A DNA stretch of 64,000 nucleotides from Sphagnum compactum (taxonomy: Eukaryota). Where the stretch lies: the NCBI GenBank assembly GCA_965153455.1, contig OZ234494.1, forward strand, positions 12,896,001 through 12,960,000, read 5' to 3'. Positions 13,621 to 27,500 of this stretch are shown piece by piece (the stretch's first letter is position 1; every line of letters begins with the position of its first letter). The position numbers and the translations under genes were made by a program. The notes below the pieces were generated by a model. It was not told where the DNA came from. It searched no databases and saw nothing but the letters and a program-made list of their open reading frames with translations.

Positions 13621-16447
13621 CAAAAAAAGAGTGTAATAACTGCTAATTCACTCAAGATAACTATATATATATATAAATTTAAAAAATTAATTAAATATTT
13701 TTTTCTCTAGATCACCAAAATTTTCAATTTCATTGGCCATAACATTTTTTTTTGCACACCTACACACAAGCCTATTCGCCTCTCCTTTCCTATTCATTAC
13801 ATGAACTGCCGTCTAAGTTTTTTTCTTTTTTCTTTTGCGATGGGCTGTTTTGATTGGCCTATCAGCAAAAAGAAAATGAAACTCGAGAGGCTCCTCAAAA
13901 GGCAATTTCAATGTGAGGATGGAGGGCCTCCACTTTGCCTCCCCTATATAGATGAGAAGGGGAGAACTTTGAGCAAAGGATATGAGAGAAAGTAAACTAC
14001 TATTGGGGAACACCCTTGGGGAACAGAATGAAGGAACCCATTGGGAACCCAAGGAACATCATTCAAAACAGGCTGAGAGAACATGATGGGAACACAAGAA
14101 TACAAAATCCATCATCAAAAAAATAAATAAAAATTTGCAAACACCAATTTTTGTTCAAACCAATTCTCACATTATTTGAAGAATGTACTTCATCCAAAGT
14201 ACATTGAACAGGCCAATTTTACTGCTGGTGCTGGTGGACCTCCTCTAGGGCCACGATGGATGGATGAACCGACACCTACAATGGTACCTTCACCTTCTTG
14301 AGTGAGGGCTTTTAGTGGCCATATTTAACCCAAGGAATGTACCAGTGTAGGTGCAGGTTCACCCAAGGTTACCTCCTCTATTACAAATTATGAAGGCTAC
14401 CCATCATCCCACTCCTTTTGGGGGAATGGAGAACTAATCAACCAAACCATGCTTGTCTTTGTTTTTTCAACACCTGAAAAGCTGAAAGTGTTGAAACAAC
14501 ATCCAAATATGTTGAAGGGGACAAGAGTTAGCATTTATGTATGGGTCGATCGATCAATTGCTTGCTTGGTAGCGTGTCGTTGAAGGGAGAATAAGCATTC
14601 TTATTGAGGAAGAACATTTCTTATTGAAAAGACAAAGGTTGGGAACATTATGGTCTTTGGTGTGGCCATTGGTATATAGGTTTTGTTACCTTGTAATAAA
14701 AGTTCAATTTAAAATGAGAAAAAAACAAAAGCTCGGGGATGATTATTGGAAGGAAGAGTGACAAGCTCTATGATGTCAAAATTGTGGCTAATTTTGCATG
14801 TCCTAGTATAAGTGAAACTTGGTCACAATTTTTTTAGATTTTTTAAAGATGTGTTATGGGGCTTTAAAGGGTCAGGATTTGCTTTGCGACACCAAACCTT
14901 TAAAAAAATATTATTGAGGTTAAATGAGTGCAAAATTTTGGAGTTAAAAGGCATTGCATTTATGGGGAGATCCATGGATACACACTTACAAATAAGAATA
15001 TCAAATTTGTATGGGGGTAGTGGACCCGATTGGATGGCATTGGGGATTGATTGAAGGTGGTATATAAACAAACATGAGAATGAAATGAATTGGAAGCATT
15101 ACGTAACTAAACTTTTTCCAATGATTGGGATGATGGTAAACACATATTATTGATGGGGGCCATGTTCAAAGTATTGGGTAAGGCGTTAACCCATGGAGGG
15201 TGTTCCCACTTGTAAGCCTCTTGTATTTGATCAAGGGATAGTGATCCTAAGGGACTTGTTAAAGCCACAAATCGAGTGCTACCCTTCAAACATAGGGTGC
15301 TTACAATGGGAATGGCCTCGAAGGGGGACCCTTGTATGAGTAATAATAACCTCCCACCCCACTCTCTCCCCGAGGGGCCTTACAAGCATAATAGCCCCCC
15401 AAAATATGAGCCTCACAAGTGTAATGCCCACCAGGGCAAGGTGCCAAATGAGCTAGATATATGGTGTACCCCCACAATTGCCCTCAACAACAAAGGCAAA
15501 CAATCAAACAGGTTAGGGTTGGGCAACATTCTTTACGACAAAACAATGTTGTCATTCTTCAATGCTAAATTTTATGAAATTATGTTAAGGGTTGGATGGA
15601 TGTGAACATTGGGAGGAACATGGGAACACAGTCAACTAATAACTGCTTGTTATGAAATGCAATTTGGGAAGTCTTAGGTATAAATATCAAAATTCATTTG
15701 GTAGAATTGGGGTGGTTGATGAGAGCATGGATTCCTCTACCTCATTTGTTTCACTATTCCTTCCTTGCTCTATACTAGGCATTCTTGATGAATACCTTGG
15801 TCTATACTAAGTATTTTAAATGAATACCCAATATGATGTGCACTTGTATGTACTATGGAGGGGTATACTTTTTCCATCCTAGAACATCTGTGACACTATC
15901 CAAACAATAAGTCAATTACCCAAAATGTACAACAAAACATCCCATATCTAGCCCCCCAAGAGAGAAAAGGCTTGCACATAACACATCAACTAATTGAACT
16001 TCATGGGAGAGTCTAATGCATGGGGGAGAATGGGACAATTGGTAGCATGGTGAGAGAAAGAAAAATGAGACTGCCAAATTGTTAAAAAAAGAGACACATG
16101 CTTGATAATCAAACTAAGCCAAATCAACTTGACATTATTGTCTAAATAAAAATATTATTGCAAGCAACATATAGCCTAGTTAGTGTGCATGCGCCTAATC
16201 CCCTAACAAATTCCCAAACTAAGAACTCCGTGGGTAATAATATTCTTTGCTCTAATACCTAGTAACATCCCATGACAATAATGGTGTAACGACTTGTAGA
16301 GCCCAACTTCCATATGGAAGTACTAGGTACATACATATGTACATACTTAGTTAAGAGAAAAGGGTAAGGTGTAGGATATCTTAGGTGCATACACAAGACG
16401 CCATATGAACACCCCAAACTGAAACTCAATCTCCCAACTACCTAGTG

Positions 16448-16806
16448 CCCAAAGCTTTCCTTTCCTTCATTTTGCAAAGGGAGCTAACAAAAACACACAC
16501 ACCCCAAGCTTTCCTTTACTTTACTTTGAAAGGGAGCTCATAAAAACACACACATACCCAAAGCTTTCCTTTACTTCACTTTGCAAGGGAGCTCAAAAAA
16601 AGCACACACATACCCAAAGCTTTCCTTTCCTTCACTTTGCAAGGGAGCTACAAAAAACACACACATACCCAAAGCTTTCCTTTACTTCACTTTGCAAGGG
16701 AGCTCAAAAAAACAAACACACACACCCAAAGCTTTCCTTTCCTTCACTTTGCGATGGAGCTAAACAAAAATGCACACCCAAAGCTTTCCTTTCCTTCACT
16801 TTGCAA
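16448..16806. repeat. Minisatellite: ~6.5 x ~55 bp
   Basis: cccaaagctttcctttccttcactttgcaagggagct(a/c)aaaaa(ca)n units at ~16448, 16503, 16557, 16613, 16668, 16725 and 16777. Confidence 0.9.
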
Positions 16807-17123
16807 GCAAGCCAATAAAACATGTTGTCACTCGGTACATGAGCGTCCCAAATCATGAAATTCCAAAAAGAAAAGAAACACATGATACCAATCATGGTTT
16901 TCGCATCCCCATATATCGGCCCACTTTCTTCCCTAATTTCCGCCCTTTTCAGTCGCCTTGTCCGCCCCTCATGGCCCCTCATGGCTGAACCCTCCGCACC
17001 CCACCTATCAATGTGCCAGACAAAACTGGGCTTGTGTATTCTTCGGGTTGAGGCCCCAAGGAAAAAAGCTGCAAGGCAAAAAGGTGACGAAGTACAGCAA
17101 ACATGAGACAAATATGCCAAAAG

Positions 17124-17180
17124 GAGAGAGAGAGAGAGAGAGAGAGTGTGTGTGTGTGTGTGTCTCTCTCTCTCTCTCTC
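17124..17180. repeat. Compound (GA)n(GT)n(CT)n microsatellite
   Basis: Direct inspection. Confidence 0.9.
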
Positions 17181-17459
17181 ATCTGCATTAATTCAAGATA
17201 GCATCAACTCAAGAGAGAAAGTATCAATCCACCCCAGAAGAATTTTGTCAATCTTTCATCAACTGTAGAACATAGCAAATCAATTGGAGAAGAATTTTGT
17301 TCCTCAATCTTCTTCGTCAACCAACCCGAGAATGTATCAAATCCGAGAAGAATTTTCTCAAATGTGTTCTTCCCAGATGATGGATGATGTAATAACCAGT
17401 GTTGAGCAGGTTCTCTCTCTCTATATATATATATTGATAACCCTAAATTTTATGTTTTC

Positions 17460-18300
17460 TTAGAAAATTTAAAAATCAATGATCCGTTGGTTTAAGGTTT
17501 TTTGAAAATCTAAAAGCAACGAACCACCATCGGTTTCAGGTTTTTGAAAATTTAAAAATCAATGGACCCTGCCTGGGTTCAGGTTTTTTTGAAAACTTAA
17601 AAATCAACAAACCACCCATTGGTTTAGGGTTTTTTTGAAAATTAAAAATCATATGAACCATCATGGGTTTAGGGTTTTTTGAAAATTAAAAATCAATGAA
17701 CCACCATGGGTTTAGGGTTTTTGAAAATCTAAAATCAACGAACCACCATCGGTGTAGGTTTTCAAAAATTTAAAATCAAATGAATCACCATTGGTTTAGG
17801 TTTTTTTTGAACATTTAAAATCAATGAACTACCATTGGTTTATGCTTTTTTTTGAAAAACCTTAAAATGAATGAACCACCATCGGTTTAGGTTTTTAGAA
17901 AATCTAAAATCAATGAACCACCATCTGTTTAGGTTTTTTGAAAATTTTAATACCAACAAACCACCATTAGTTTAGGTTTTTTGAAAATTTTAATACCAAC
18001 CAACCACCATTGGTTTAGGGTTTTTGCAAATTCAAAACCAACAAACCACCATCCGTCTAGGGTTTTTGAAAATTTAAAACCAACAAACCACCATCCGTTT
18101 AGGGTTTCTGAAAATTTAAAACCAACAAACCACCATCCGTTTAGGGTTTTTGAAAATTTAATACCAACGAGCCACCAATTGGTTTTTAGGTTTTTTGAAA
18201 ATTTAATACCAATGAGCCACCGATTGGTTTTTAGGTTTTTTGAAAATTTAAGACCAACGAACCACCATTATTGGTTTAGGTTTGTTGAAAATTTAAAATA
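17460..18300. repeat. Minisatellite array of ~19 x ~42-44 bp, preceded by a CAGTGTTG MITE-like end at 17397
   Basis: Unit consensus tttttgaaaatttaaaa(t/c)caacgaaccaccat(c/t)ggtttagg. It produces the repetitive ORF 17981-18313. Confidence 0.9.
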
Positions 18301-18546
18301 TGTAAATAAATAAATAAGTATAAAGAAAAGAAAAAGAAAAGGTTATAGTTAATATGAACAATTCAAAGAACCTGCGGTTCTCATGAAAGGAATGATGAAC
18401 GGGCCAAAAGAGAGGTGTGTTGGTTTTCTGAATCTTTTCAGGTGATTTCTGGATCCGATGATTTTTAATAACTCGTGTTGTGCGGGTACCAGACAATAGT
18501 GGAAGTAAGTAGTGGACGGACGACAACAACAACAAAATGGCACACA

Positions 18547-18597
18547 TGGTAGGCAGGTAGGTAGGTAGGTAGGTAGGTAAGTAGGTAGGTAGGTAGA
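18547..18597. repeat. (GGTA)n microsatellite
   Basis: Direct inspection. Confidence 0.9.
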
Positions 18598-21558
18598 GGA
18601 TTTGCTGTAGGTAACTCGTCACCTAACTCAACCATACCCACATACCACTCGAGTAAGTCAAACAGAGGTGCAAATAATTAAAATTAATGTTGAAAATGTG
18701 TGAAGTATTTTTATGCAACAATGTTTTTAAATATAATATTACTTATTTTAATTTTGAAAAAACTTTTGATATAAAAATTAAAAATTAATTAAATTTAAAT
18801 AATTATAAATTAAAAAAAATGTTTTAAAAAATGTAACCCAAAATCTCGATCTCTCACATCAACCAACCGATCAAGAAGACTATTTTAGCAATACTTGGAA
18901 AAGGAAAACTCAAATCATTTTTATTTATTCATGAAAAGCATTGGCAAATTATGCTAGCCAAAAATTGAAATTGTTTTTATAAATGATCATAACATGGCAA
19001 TTGGTGAGGGGAATTATACCAGCTTGTTTTTTTTAAGTTTTTGGGTGTGAATATTCAAATTATGAAAAGAATAATAAATTTCTTTTTAAAAAATCATGAA
19101 ATTTGCATGAATGATTGTAACACATTGTAAAGGATTTTTTGTGAAAGGAAATTGATCCTAATTCGCCAAATTTCTAAATTCTTTAACAAAAAAAAAAAAT
19201 CACCCCAGAGTTTGTTTGTTTGTTAGTTTGTTTCTACAACAGTTTGTTTCCAGCAGGTAACTAACTAGTAGCCAAAATGTAAGACAATTTCTTAATATTT
19301 TCTACTGGTCCTAAACCGGGTCTATAGGGAGCCAGGTTTGGCCTAAAATCTTCTTGTGGGATGATCGCCAATTCTGGCTATCTGTCACAAAATTGAAAAA
19401 AATCCATTGCATTAGTATAACTGGGTAATTCAAAGATTGAATTTGTTGTTGAATTGTTGCTGTTGTTGTTGCCGTTGCTCACGTAAGGAAAAAAAAAAAA
19501 CGATAAACTGCTTTATGTTTTCCCTTCCTGCCCGCTGCCCACTGTGACTGCCCTTTCTGCCCCCTTTTTCTTGTTTTGGATTAAAAACAAAACCTCCCTG
19601 ACTGCTGCCCTTGGAACTCAATTTGGGTTCTTTTTGCCCACCACCCTGCCTGCTGCCCATGTTTGTAACCCAATGTGGGTTCTTTTTGCCCTGCCTGCCT
19701 GCCTGCTGCCCGTTCACCTTCTCTCTGGGTCTCTCTGTGTTTCTTTTGCGTTGAGTGAGTGCGGTCTTTTTCTTTATCTGAGCGACAGGACCGATCAAAG
19801 GGTATTACCTACCTTTATGCTACCCTTACCCGCCGGTTCCAAGAGTCAGGACCGCCCCAGCACTGGTCTTTTTGTCCACTGCCCATCGGACTTTTTCTTG
19901 GTTTTTCTTTTCCCCGCTGCCTGCTGCCCATTAAACTTGTTTCTGGGTTTTTCTTTTCCTCCCAGCCTGCTGCCCATTAAACTTTTTTTGGGGGTTTTTC
20001 TTTTTCCTCCCAGCATGCTACCTGATTTAGTTTTCCTTTTCCCCTTTCTCTCTTTCTCCGTTTCTTTTGCTCTTGATTGCTTTCTTTTTCTCTTGGGGGC
20101 TGTGCCATGTTGTTGTGGTCTGTTCTGGGCTGTTTTTGGGCTTTTTTTTGCCTCCCCGAATGCTACCCGTTTAGCTTTTCTTTCCCCCCCCCCCCCCCCT
20201 CCCTCTCTCTCTCTCTCTCTTCCGTCTCTCTCGCTGTCTGTCCGTTTCTTTTGCTCTTGATTGCTTTCTTTTCCTCGTCTGGGCTTGTGCCGTGTTGTTG
20301 TGTTTTGTGCAGCAGCTGCTGCAGTAGCGAGATGTACATGGGTCTTGAGCACGCGTCCATCTTCCACAGTTGCTGCTGCTGCAGCATTTTTGCTTTTTCT
20401 CTTCTTGTATTTGCTTTTACCCATCTTCTGTTGGAGCTGGCTTGCTTTTTTCCCGGGAGCCGCAGTAGGAGCAGCTGGATGCAGCTACGACCACATTGCA
20501 TTATTGGCTTTGGTTATGCTTCAGCTTGTGTGGACTCTTCTTCTTCTTCTTCTTCTTCTCAGCGATTTCCCTTACACCAAAACAAAGCTGCCGGGTTGCA
20601 AAGCGTTGGAGAACGAGCGAAAGAGAGAGAGAGATATTTGGGTCCTGGTAACCTAGATGTGGATGTTAGCTCTGATTTAGCTGTGAGAGGTGCAGCAGCA
20701 ACATCTTCTTCTTCTTCTTCTTCTTCTTCTTATGTGCTGCTGTGGACGGTGAGGAAAGGAATGGTCGCAGGAGCTGCTTTCTGTGGAGATTGTTGAAGGA
20801 GGATCGGAAGGGAAGTTGCAGACAAGAAAACAGATAGAGATTTGGTTTGAAAGGAAAGAGGAGGAGGAGGAGCTGCAGGAGCTGATCTTAGCGCACGTGA
20901 GCAGGTGGGTTGCATGCAGCAAGTGTTTAGGGAAGATTTGCAGTGGCTTTGGAGGTGGAAAGAGGAAGTGGAATAGACTGATGGGAGTTAGAGAAGAAGA
21001 AGCGGGACGTGGAGCTCTTGCTGCTGCTGCTGGCGGAGGACAGCAAGGGAGCTGCTATGATGGCGCGTGTTGCATGGTAATCGAGTGTGAAGATGATGGG
21101 CGTTGGCAGTATCTCTGGTAGGTGCCCGCATTGGTGCTGTAGTTGTCTCGCGTAAAGCTCCCGCCATCGCTGACCCTTTCAAGCCTTCTGAAGTTGACTA
21201 CAGGGAGGTTCTGCATCGCTGAAGCCCTTTCCTTTAGCCTTCTGAAGTTGCAGCGGCAGCAGGGAGATGCTGTCGTCTGACGGCTTTAGAGAGCGTGACC
21301 CACTGCAGGCAACAATGCTGCTGGCGGTTTGGAGAACATGTAACACAATGGTACTGATGGAAGCTGATGATGATCTGAGAGCGGAAGGACCATCTTCGAG
21401 TATGATTGTAGAAATGGGTGAGATTGGAAGCCAGGAGTAAGAGATGTGTGAGAGACAGAGAAAGAGACTCAGACACAGACAGGGAGGGAGGGGATCAACC
21501 TGAATTGGGATTGTTTTGAGCTCTGGGAGAAGGAAAGACAGAAATAGAGGAAAGAGAA

Positions 21559-24500
21559 ATGGCTGATACCAGGCGTGCAAGGGAGATGGTAGTTGGTCAA
21601 ATCCATCATCATCACAAGGAGCAGCAGCAACAGCAACAACAACAACACCGGCGTGGCTATAGCATGAGCAGTGCAAGAAGGGAGAAGGATGAGGACCTTG
21701 CCTTGTTCCAAGACATGCGCAAGTGTGAACATACCCAATACTTGCTTTCTGACCTTGAGGATGGTGAGAACAGTCTCTAAATATTCTGTGAAAGTCTTGA
21801 ACTCTCTGAACACTTCTTTGTCTCTTGAAACAATGGCCATTGAAGGATATTGAGCTCTTTCTTTGCTGTTTTGTTTTTCCTGTATTGTGATTTTGGTGGT
21901 GGCAGCAGCAAAGCTAGGAGATCTGTTTGATCCAATTGCAGCAGCTTGCATTGAACGCAAGGGAGTAGGAGCAGACTTACTCAACTCTGATGCTGAGAAG
22001 AATGATTACGATTGGTAAGTGTGTATGGCTGGCTGTATTTCCTTCCTCCTCCAGAGAGCTGAATCTTCTCTTGCTTTCTGAGTTCTCTTCACCATCAAGG
22101 GTAAAAGGATTGGGTTGCCTTGAAAAGCTTTCTGAAGAACTGCGAGAACATTTTCCAGAGCTTGCCATTGCAACAGTAGAAGACAGACAAGACAGAGAGA
22201 GAGAAACAACTAAGTGCAATGTGGCATTTGGAACTGCTGTGCAGGCTGTTGACTCCACCAGGCACTCCACTGTTTCCATCACTTGATTTGGAATCACATG
22301 CTTACACTCCCTTACAGCAGCAGCAAGGACTTCTCATGAATCACTCGCTCGCTGCCATCAAGACCTCGCGGGTTTGTTTGCAAATGCTGCCTTCACTGAC
22401 TTGGGGTTTCAGACTCCAGTCCACCATTGATCCTTCCTTGTGTGCTTCATTCTTGATGAAGGTGTCTTTTGGTGTGTGATTCATGTACAAGTAAAAATCC
22501 TGCTGAAGGAGAAGAGAATTGGGTTTTGCAGATTGCAAGCAACAATCATGCAGAAGGTCTTGTGTTGAAATCTTTGGCGCGTGGCAATCAAAACCCTAAT
22601 CAAAGACCAGGTAGTAGTACTCCCCTGAGTACTCAAAGCAACTCCACACCACGAAGCACTCCAACTACTACTACATCCGGAACTCCTCACTCTGTGAAAC
22701 CTTCGACCCCGACGAAATCATCAACTTCTTCAGCATCGAAGTTCTCCCTACAGGTGGCATCATCAACTCCTGCACAACAGTCGCCCTTCATAACATCATC
22801 TTTCACAGGAAGAGTGTCTACTGCTTATTCAAATCGGCCCTCAACTCCAACAAATCGGCCCTCAACTCCAACAAATCGGCCTTCAACTCCAACAGGCAGG
22901 CCCTCAACACCCACACTTCGACGCTCAAGCTCAAGCTCCACTAGCACTCGAGCTTTTAGCACAGTCACGGCACGTGGCAACCCCTCTCCCACGAGAAGCA
23001 CTGCAAGCTCAGGAGCTTCAAGAGGAATTTCCCCTGTGAGGTCACCGTACAAGGGGAACTCACCGGCAAGAGGAAGATCCCCAGTGCCTGCAATGGAGCG
23101 GGGATCATCATCATCACCAAGGATACATTCAGTCATAATTCCTGATGGTTTGCCTTCAGATATTCCTCCAAATCTACGCACTACATCTGATCGAGCTCCA
23201 TCTTCTGCGCATCACCGATATGCAGGTTATAGTGAGGCAACAACAACTCAAATGCCTGACATGCTTGATCACACCTCAAATCAGCCAGTGTCTCCAAACT
23301 TCGTCAGAAGCCGCAGGTCTACTAGCCATGGACAAGATCACTCAAGTGTGCAGTCAGGGCGAGTCTCGTCAGATGATGATAGCAGCAGCTATGAGGTCTC
23401 TTCACAATCAGCAGTGTCAAGTAGAGGGCTTACGCCTGAGCGGGGAAGAGGGTATGCACAACAGCTGCAACCTTCAGTTGGAAATGAAGACTGGCGAAAG
23501 AGCCATTCAAGCTTTCAGGCTAAGCAATCACCATCTTCAAGAGATTCTCCACATTTTGGCACCATACTAACAAGGAAGACTCCCAATGCAGCTTCACGCA
23601 ACTTGGTATGGAAGAAATACACTGGCTTGCACTAGGATTCCTGGGTCTTGTATGTCATATTAGTAGGTTGCTACAGAACTTCCGACTCCGTTTGTGTGTC
23701 TTGGAGTGTATGTTGTTTGTCTGTGTAAAGCTAAATACATAGTGTTGTTTGTGTACCTTGCAGGGGATTCACAGATCTTCTTCATCAGGGGGATTCCGGC
23801 CACTGATGACAAAGAACTCAGTTTCAACATTATACAACAGCAGCAGCAGCAGCAGCAGCAGCAACAGCACTGCTGCTGCTGCTGCTGCCACCACCCGTGC
23901 AAATACCTTACCCCATAGACCTCTTACACCTGGGAGCACTGCAAGCTCAGAACAGGGTGCTGCAAGTGTTGCACCCGACAGTGATGGGGACGATGATCTG
24001 TTGAACGCTTGGGGACAGCTTGAGTTATCATCACTTGGGGCAGGAGGACATGCAGACATTCTTGTTCTTGATAAAGAGCATGAGAAGTTGACAAGCTGGG
24101 AGAGTCTTCAACAATATGAGCAAGATCTGAAACTACCAGGATCAACAATAGTACATAGTGACATGCATGATGAGGCTGACAGCTACAAAAGCCATGGGTT
24201 CAGTGGTACTAGAGAAGCTCTAGTAGTAGAAGAAGAAGAAGAAGAAGAGAGTTCTTCGCATTCTGTGTCATCGTTGAGTGTCAGGGAGTTGAAGTTGAGG
24301 AGTATGCTTGATGAGGAGTCGAACAGTGAATGCATGGGAGCTACAACAGAATGGTTGTGCTCAGATCTGGTGGCGAAGAAAGGGACAGATCTCAAAGTGC
24401 ATGAGAAAGCCAGAGAGCAACCGGAACATAAACAGCAGGTATTGAACTCGCAAGCTAAAGAGGACAATGTTGCTGTATTACCTGAATTCTGGTGCAATTC

Positions 24501-27500
24501 TGAATTGGACTTGCATAAGGAGTCAGACACAGAGAGAGGGAGAAGAGCTTTGTCTTCTTCTTCTTCACTGCTCAAAGATGAATCCTGTGGCTCTGAGAAT
24601 GAGGTTGCAATAGGAAAAGAGATGGAGAGTAGTGGATCACACCCCGAGAAGGATGCTGGAATTGCCGTGGACTTGATGCATGTGAGGGAGAAGTTAATAC
24701 TTCTGTGTTGTAGTAACCCTAACCTGGAACCTCCTGATCTGCAACAATGCTCAGAACAAGACAAGAAGCTTTCAGAGAAACCTCAAGCTGGAAACATTGT
24801 TGTGGAACAGTCATCGGTTCCCTCCCTAGTTGTGCTTCCATTTCAGGAACTATGCATGTCTTCTGAACATGAGAGCAACAATGATGTTGCAGCAACAAAG
24901 GAGGAGGAGGTTGAAACAGGATCAAACACAGAAGCTGCTGCAAACACAGAAATTATGTGTGTTTGCAACCATGCCAAGCATCCTGGGAAGCACTGCGAAA
25001 GCCCTGGTTGTGAATGTATCACAGGATATGCAGTGGCATCTGCCCCTTCTGCTCCAAAGATGGAGCTCCTGACACATGATGAATCTGTTGAAAGTGAAGC
25101 AGTCAAGAGCGCCATATTGGGCTCAGAAGCACAGAATGCACTGGATATGGCCAGGCAGAAAAACATATGGTACATGTACAGGAACTCTGAAGACTATGTT
25201 TCGAGCCTGTGCGACAACACAGAAACAACAGAGCTGGAAGCTGTCTCCTCTCAGGGAGGAGGAGGGGGAGGATTCAGTTCTGAGATTGAAAAAGAGTTAC
25301 AGACAGCAGCAGGTTCATGTCACATGAATACCTCGTCTACTGGCATCATGCAAGTCCTTGAGCTCAGCAATCATCAGCAAGGTGTAGAGGATGAGGCTTC
25401 AAATCATGAACAGCAGAGCGAGGATCCGCTGAACCTCTTTACCATAGGTTCAGAAGAGAGTCTCACCAGCATTCAAATGGAACTTGAATCTCAAAGGCAG
25501 CAGGAGAAAGAAGAGGATTTACAAAATGGAGTAGTAGAGCAGGAGGACAAGAGTGTGGATACTACTACTGCCTGCAATGATCCCCATGCCAAGTGTATGG
25601 AGCTGCTCCTGCCGCAATTGTTGAATCATGTGTCTGAGCATGTGGCATCTGGAGTTTGTTGGCAAGAGCTTTCAAAGCCTGGGAGTGATGTTCTTGGCAG
25701 CAGAAGTGCTCATGATGATTCTGAACTGGACATCTTGTCATCCGTGTTATCAGATCAGCAATTGGATCCTAACCTTGAAAGCATGTTGGGAGAGAATCAG
25801 AAGTTGAAAGACAGGAGGAGGACTGTGCAAGAGGTAATGGCACAGTTGGCAATGGAGGATGTTCTAAAGCAAGATGATGACGATGAGACAAGCATGTCAT
25901 CAGAAGAGCTTGAGCATGAAAGAGAAGATCCTGGTGATGGTCTTCTTCTCAGGCCTCTCATAGCTAAGGTGCCAAATGTGGAGATGGTTGAATGCTCTGA
26001 AAGCAGAGTGACTATCGAGGAGACAGAGGATTCTGAAGTCCAGCCAGCACTGAGTAGTAGGCAGGATGGAATCAAAAGCCCTGGAGATCATCAAGATCTT
26101 AAGCATTCCAGTCCTGATCCTCAAGGACTCATTGGTTCCACACAGCAAACTGCGGGTCCTGATTCTCAAGCACCCATTGCCTCCTCACTGCAAACTGTGG
26201 GTCCTGATCCTCAAGCACTCGTTGCCTCCACACAGGAAACTGCAGGTCCTGATCCTCAAGCACTCGTTGCCTCTGCACTGCAAACTGCGGGTCCTGATCC
26301 TCAAGCACTTGTTGCCTCCGCACTGCAAACTGTGGGTCCTGATCCTGATGCACTTGTTGCTTCCACACAGGAGACTGCTGGTCCTGATCCTCAAGCACTC
26401 ATTTTCTCCACACAGGAAACTGCGGGTCCTGATCCTCAAGCACTCATTGCCTCTGCACTGCAAACTGAGGGTCCTGATCCTCAAGTACTTGTTGCCTCCG
26501 CACTGCAAACTGCAGGTCCTGATCCTCATGGACTTGTTGCTTCCACACAGGAAACTGCTGGTCCTGATCCTCAAGCACTCATTTTCTCCACACAGGAAAC
26601 TGCGGGTCCTGATCCTCAAGCACTCATTGCCTCTGCACTGCAAACTGTGGGTCCTGATCCTCAAGCACTTGTTGCCTCCACACTGCAAACAGCGGGTCCT
26701 GATCCTCAAGCACTTGTTGCCTCCATGCTGCAAACTGCGGGTCCTGATCCTCAAGCACTTGTTGCCTCCACACTGCAAACTGCGGGTTCTGATCCTCAAG
26801 CACTTGTTGCCTCCACACTGCAAACTGTGGGTCTTGATCCTCAAGCCCTTGTTGCCTCCACACTGCAAACTGTGGGTCTTGATCCTCAAGCACTTGTTGA
26901 CTCCACACTGCAAAAAGTGGGTCTTGATCCTCAAGCACTTGTTGCTTCCGCACAGCAAATTGCAGGTCCTGATCCTCAAGCACTTGTTGCTTCTGCACCG
27001 CAAATTGTGGGTCCTGATCCTCAAGCACTTGTTGCTTCTGCACTGCAAATTGTGGGTCCTGATCCTCAAGCACTTGTTGCTTCCGCACCACAAATTGTGC
27101 ATGCAAATCAGGTAGCTGATGTGATCAGGTCTGGGGAAGATGTGGAGTGTTTTCAAGCAAATGTGTACAGTGATCAGAAAGGGTTGGAACACATCAGGGA
27201 GAGTGAAGCAGCAGCACTGGAAACAAAGACGGGAGATGCTTGCAGTCATAGAGACAAAGCACAGAACATTGAGCAAGGGATGATGATTACATCTGTGGAG
27301 GAGCTCCATTTTCTCGACATCCTTGAAGATGGAGGCTGTATAAGTTTGAGTCACCCAGGTTCCTCTGATGCAAGCATACAGCAGTCATCTGTTTCTGGAA
27401 CAACAGATGATGCAGATGTGAATATGCCAGCTGAAGACCCAAAGCAAGTGCAGTGTTCCAAGACTTCAGATCTTTGGAAGTCACCACAGATGATGATGCA

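Noticed and set aside
14250..15650. Possible decayed LINE or other TE coding region on the minus strand
   Set aside because: It looks like degraded coding sequence, but no diagnostic motif could be identified by eye.
11302..18300. Regularly spaced repeats (11302, 12259, 16448, 17460 arrays) as CRISPR-like arrays
   Set aside because: The units are head-to-tail with no unique spacers, there are no cas genes, and the context is eukaryotic; these are ordinary minisatellites.
19430..21120. Several 110-240-aa ORFs on both strands
   Set aside because: They arise from CT/GA-rich low-complexity promoter/leader sequence, giving F/L-rich or K/R-rich translations with no domain.
26066..27354. Long alternative-frame and antisense ORFs (349 aa, 389 aa, 160 aa) over the 45-bp repeat
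   Set aside because: By-products of a stop-free tandem repeat whose unit length is a multiple of 3.
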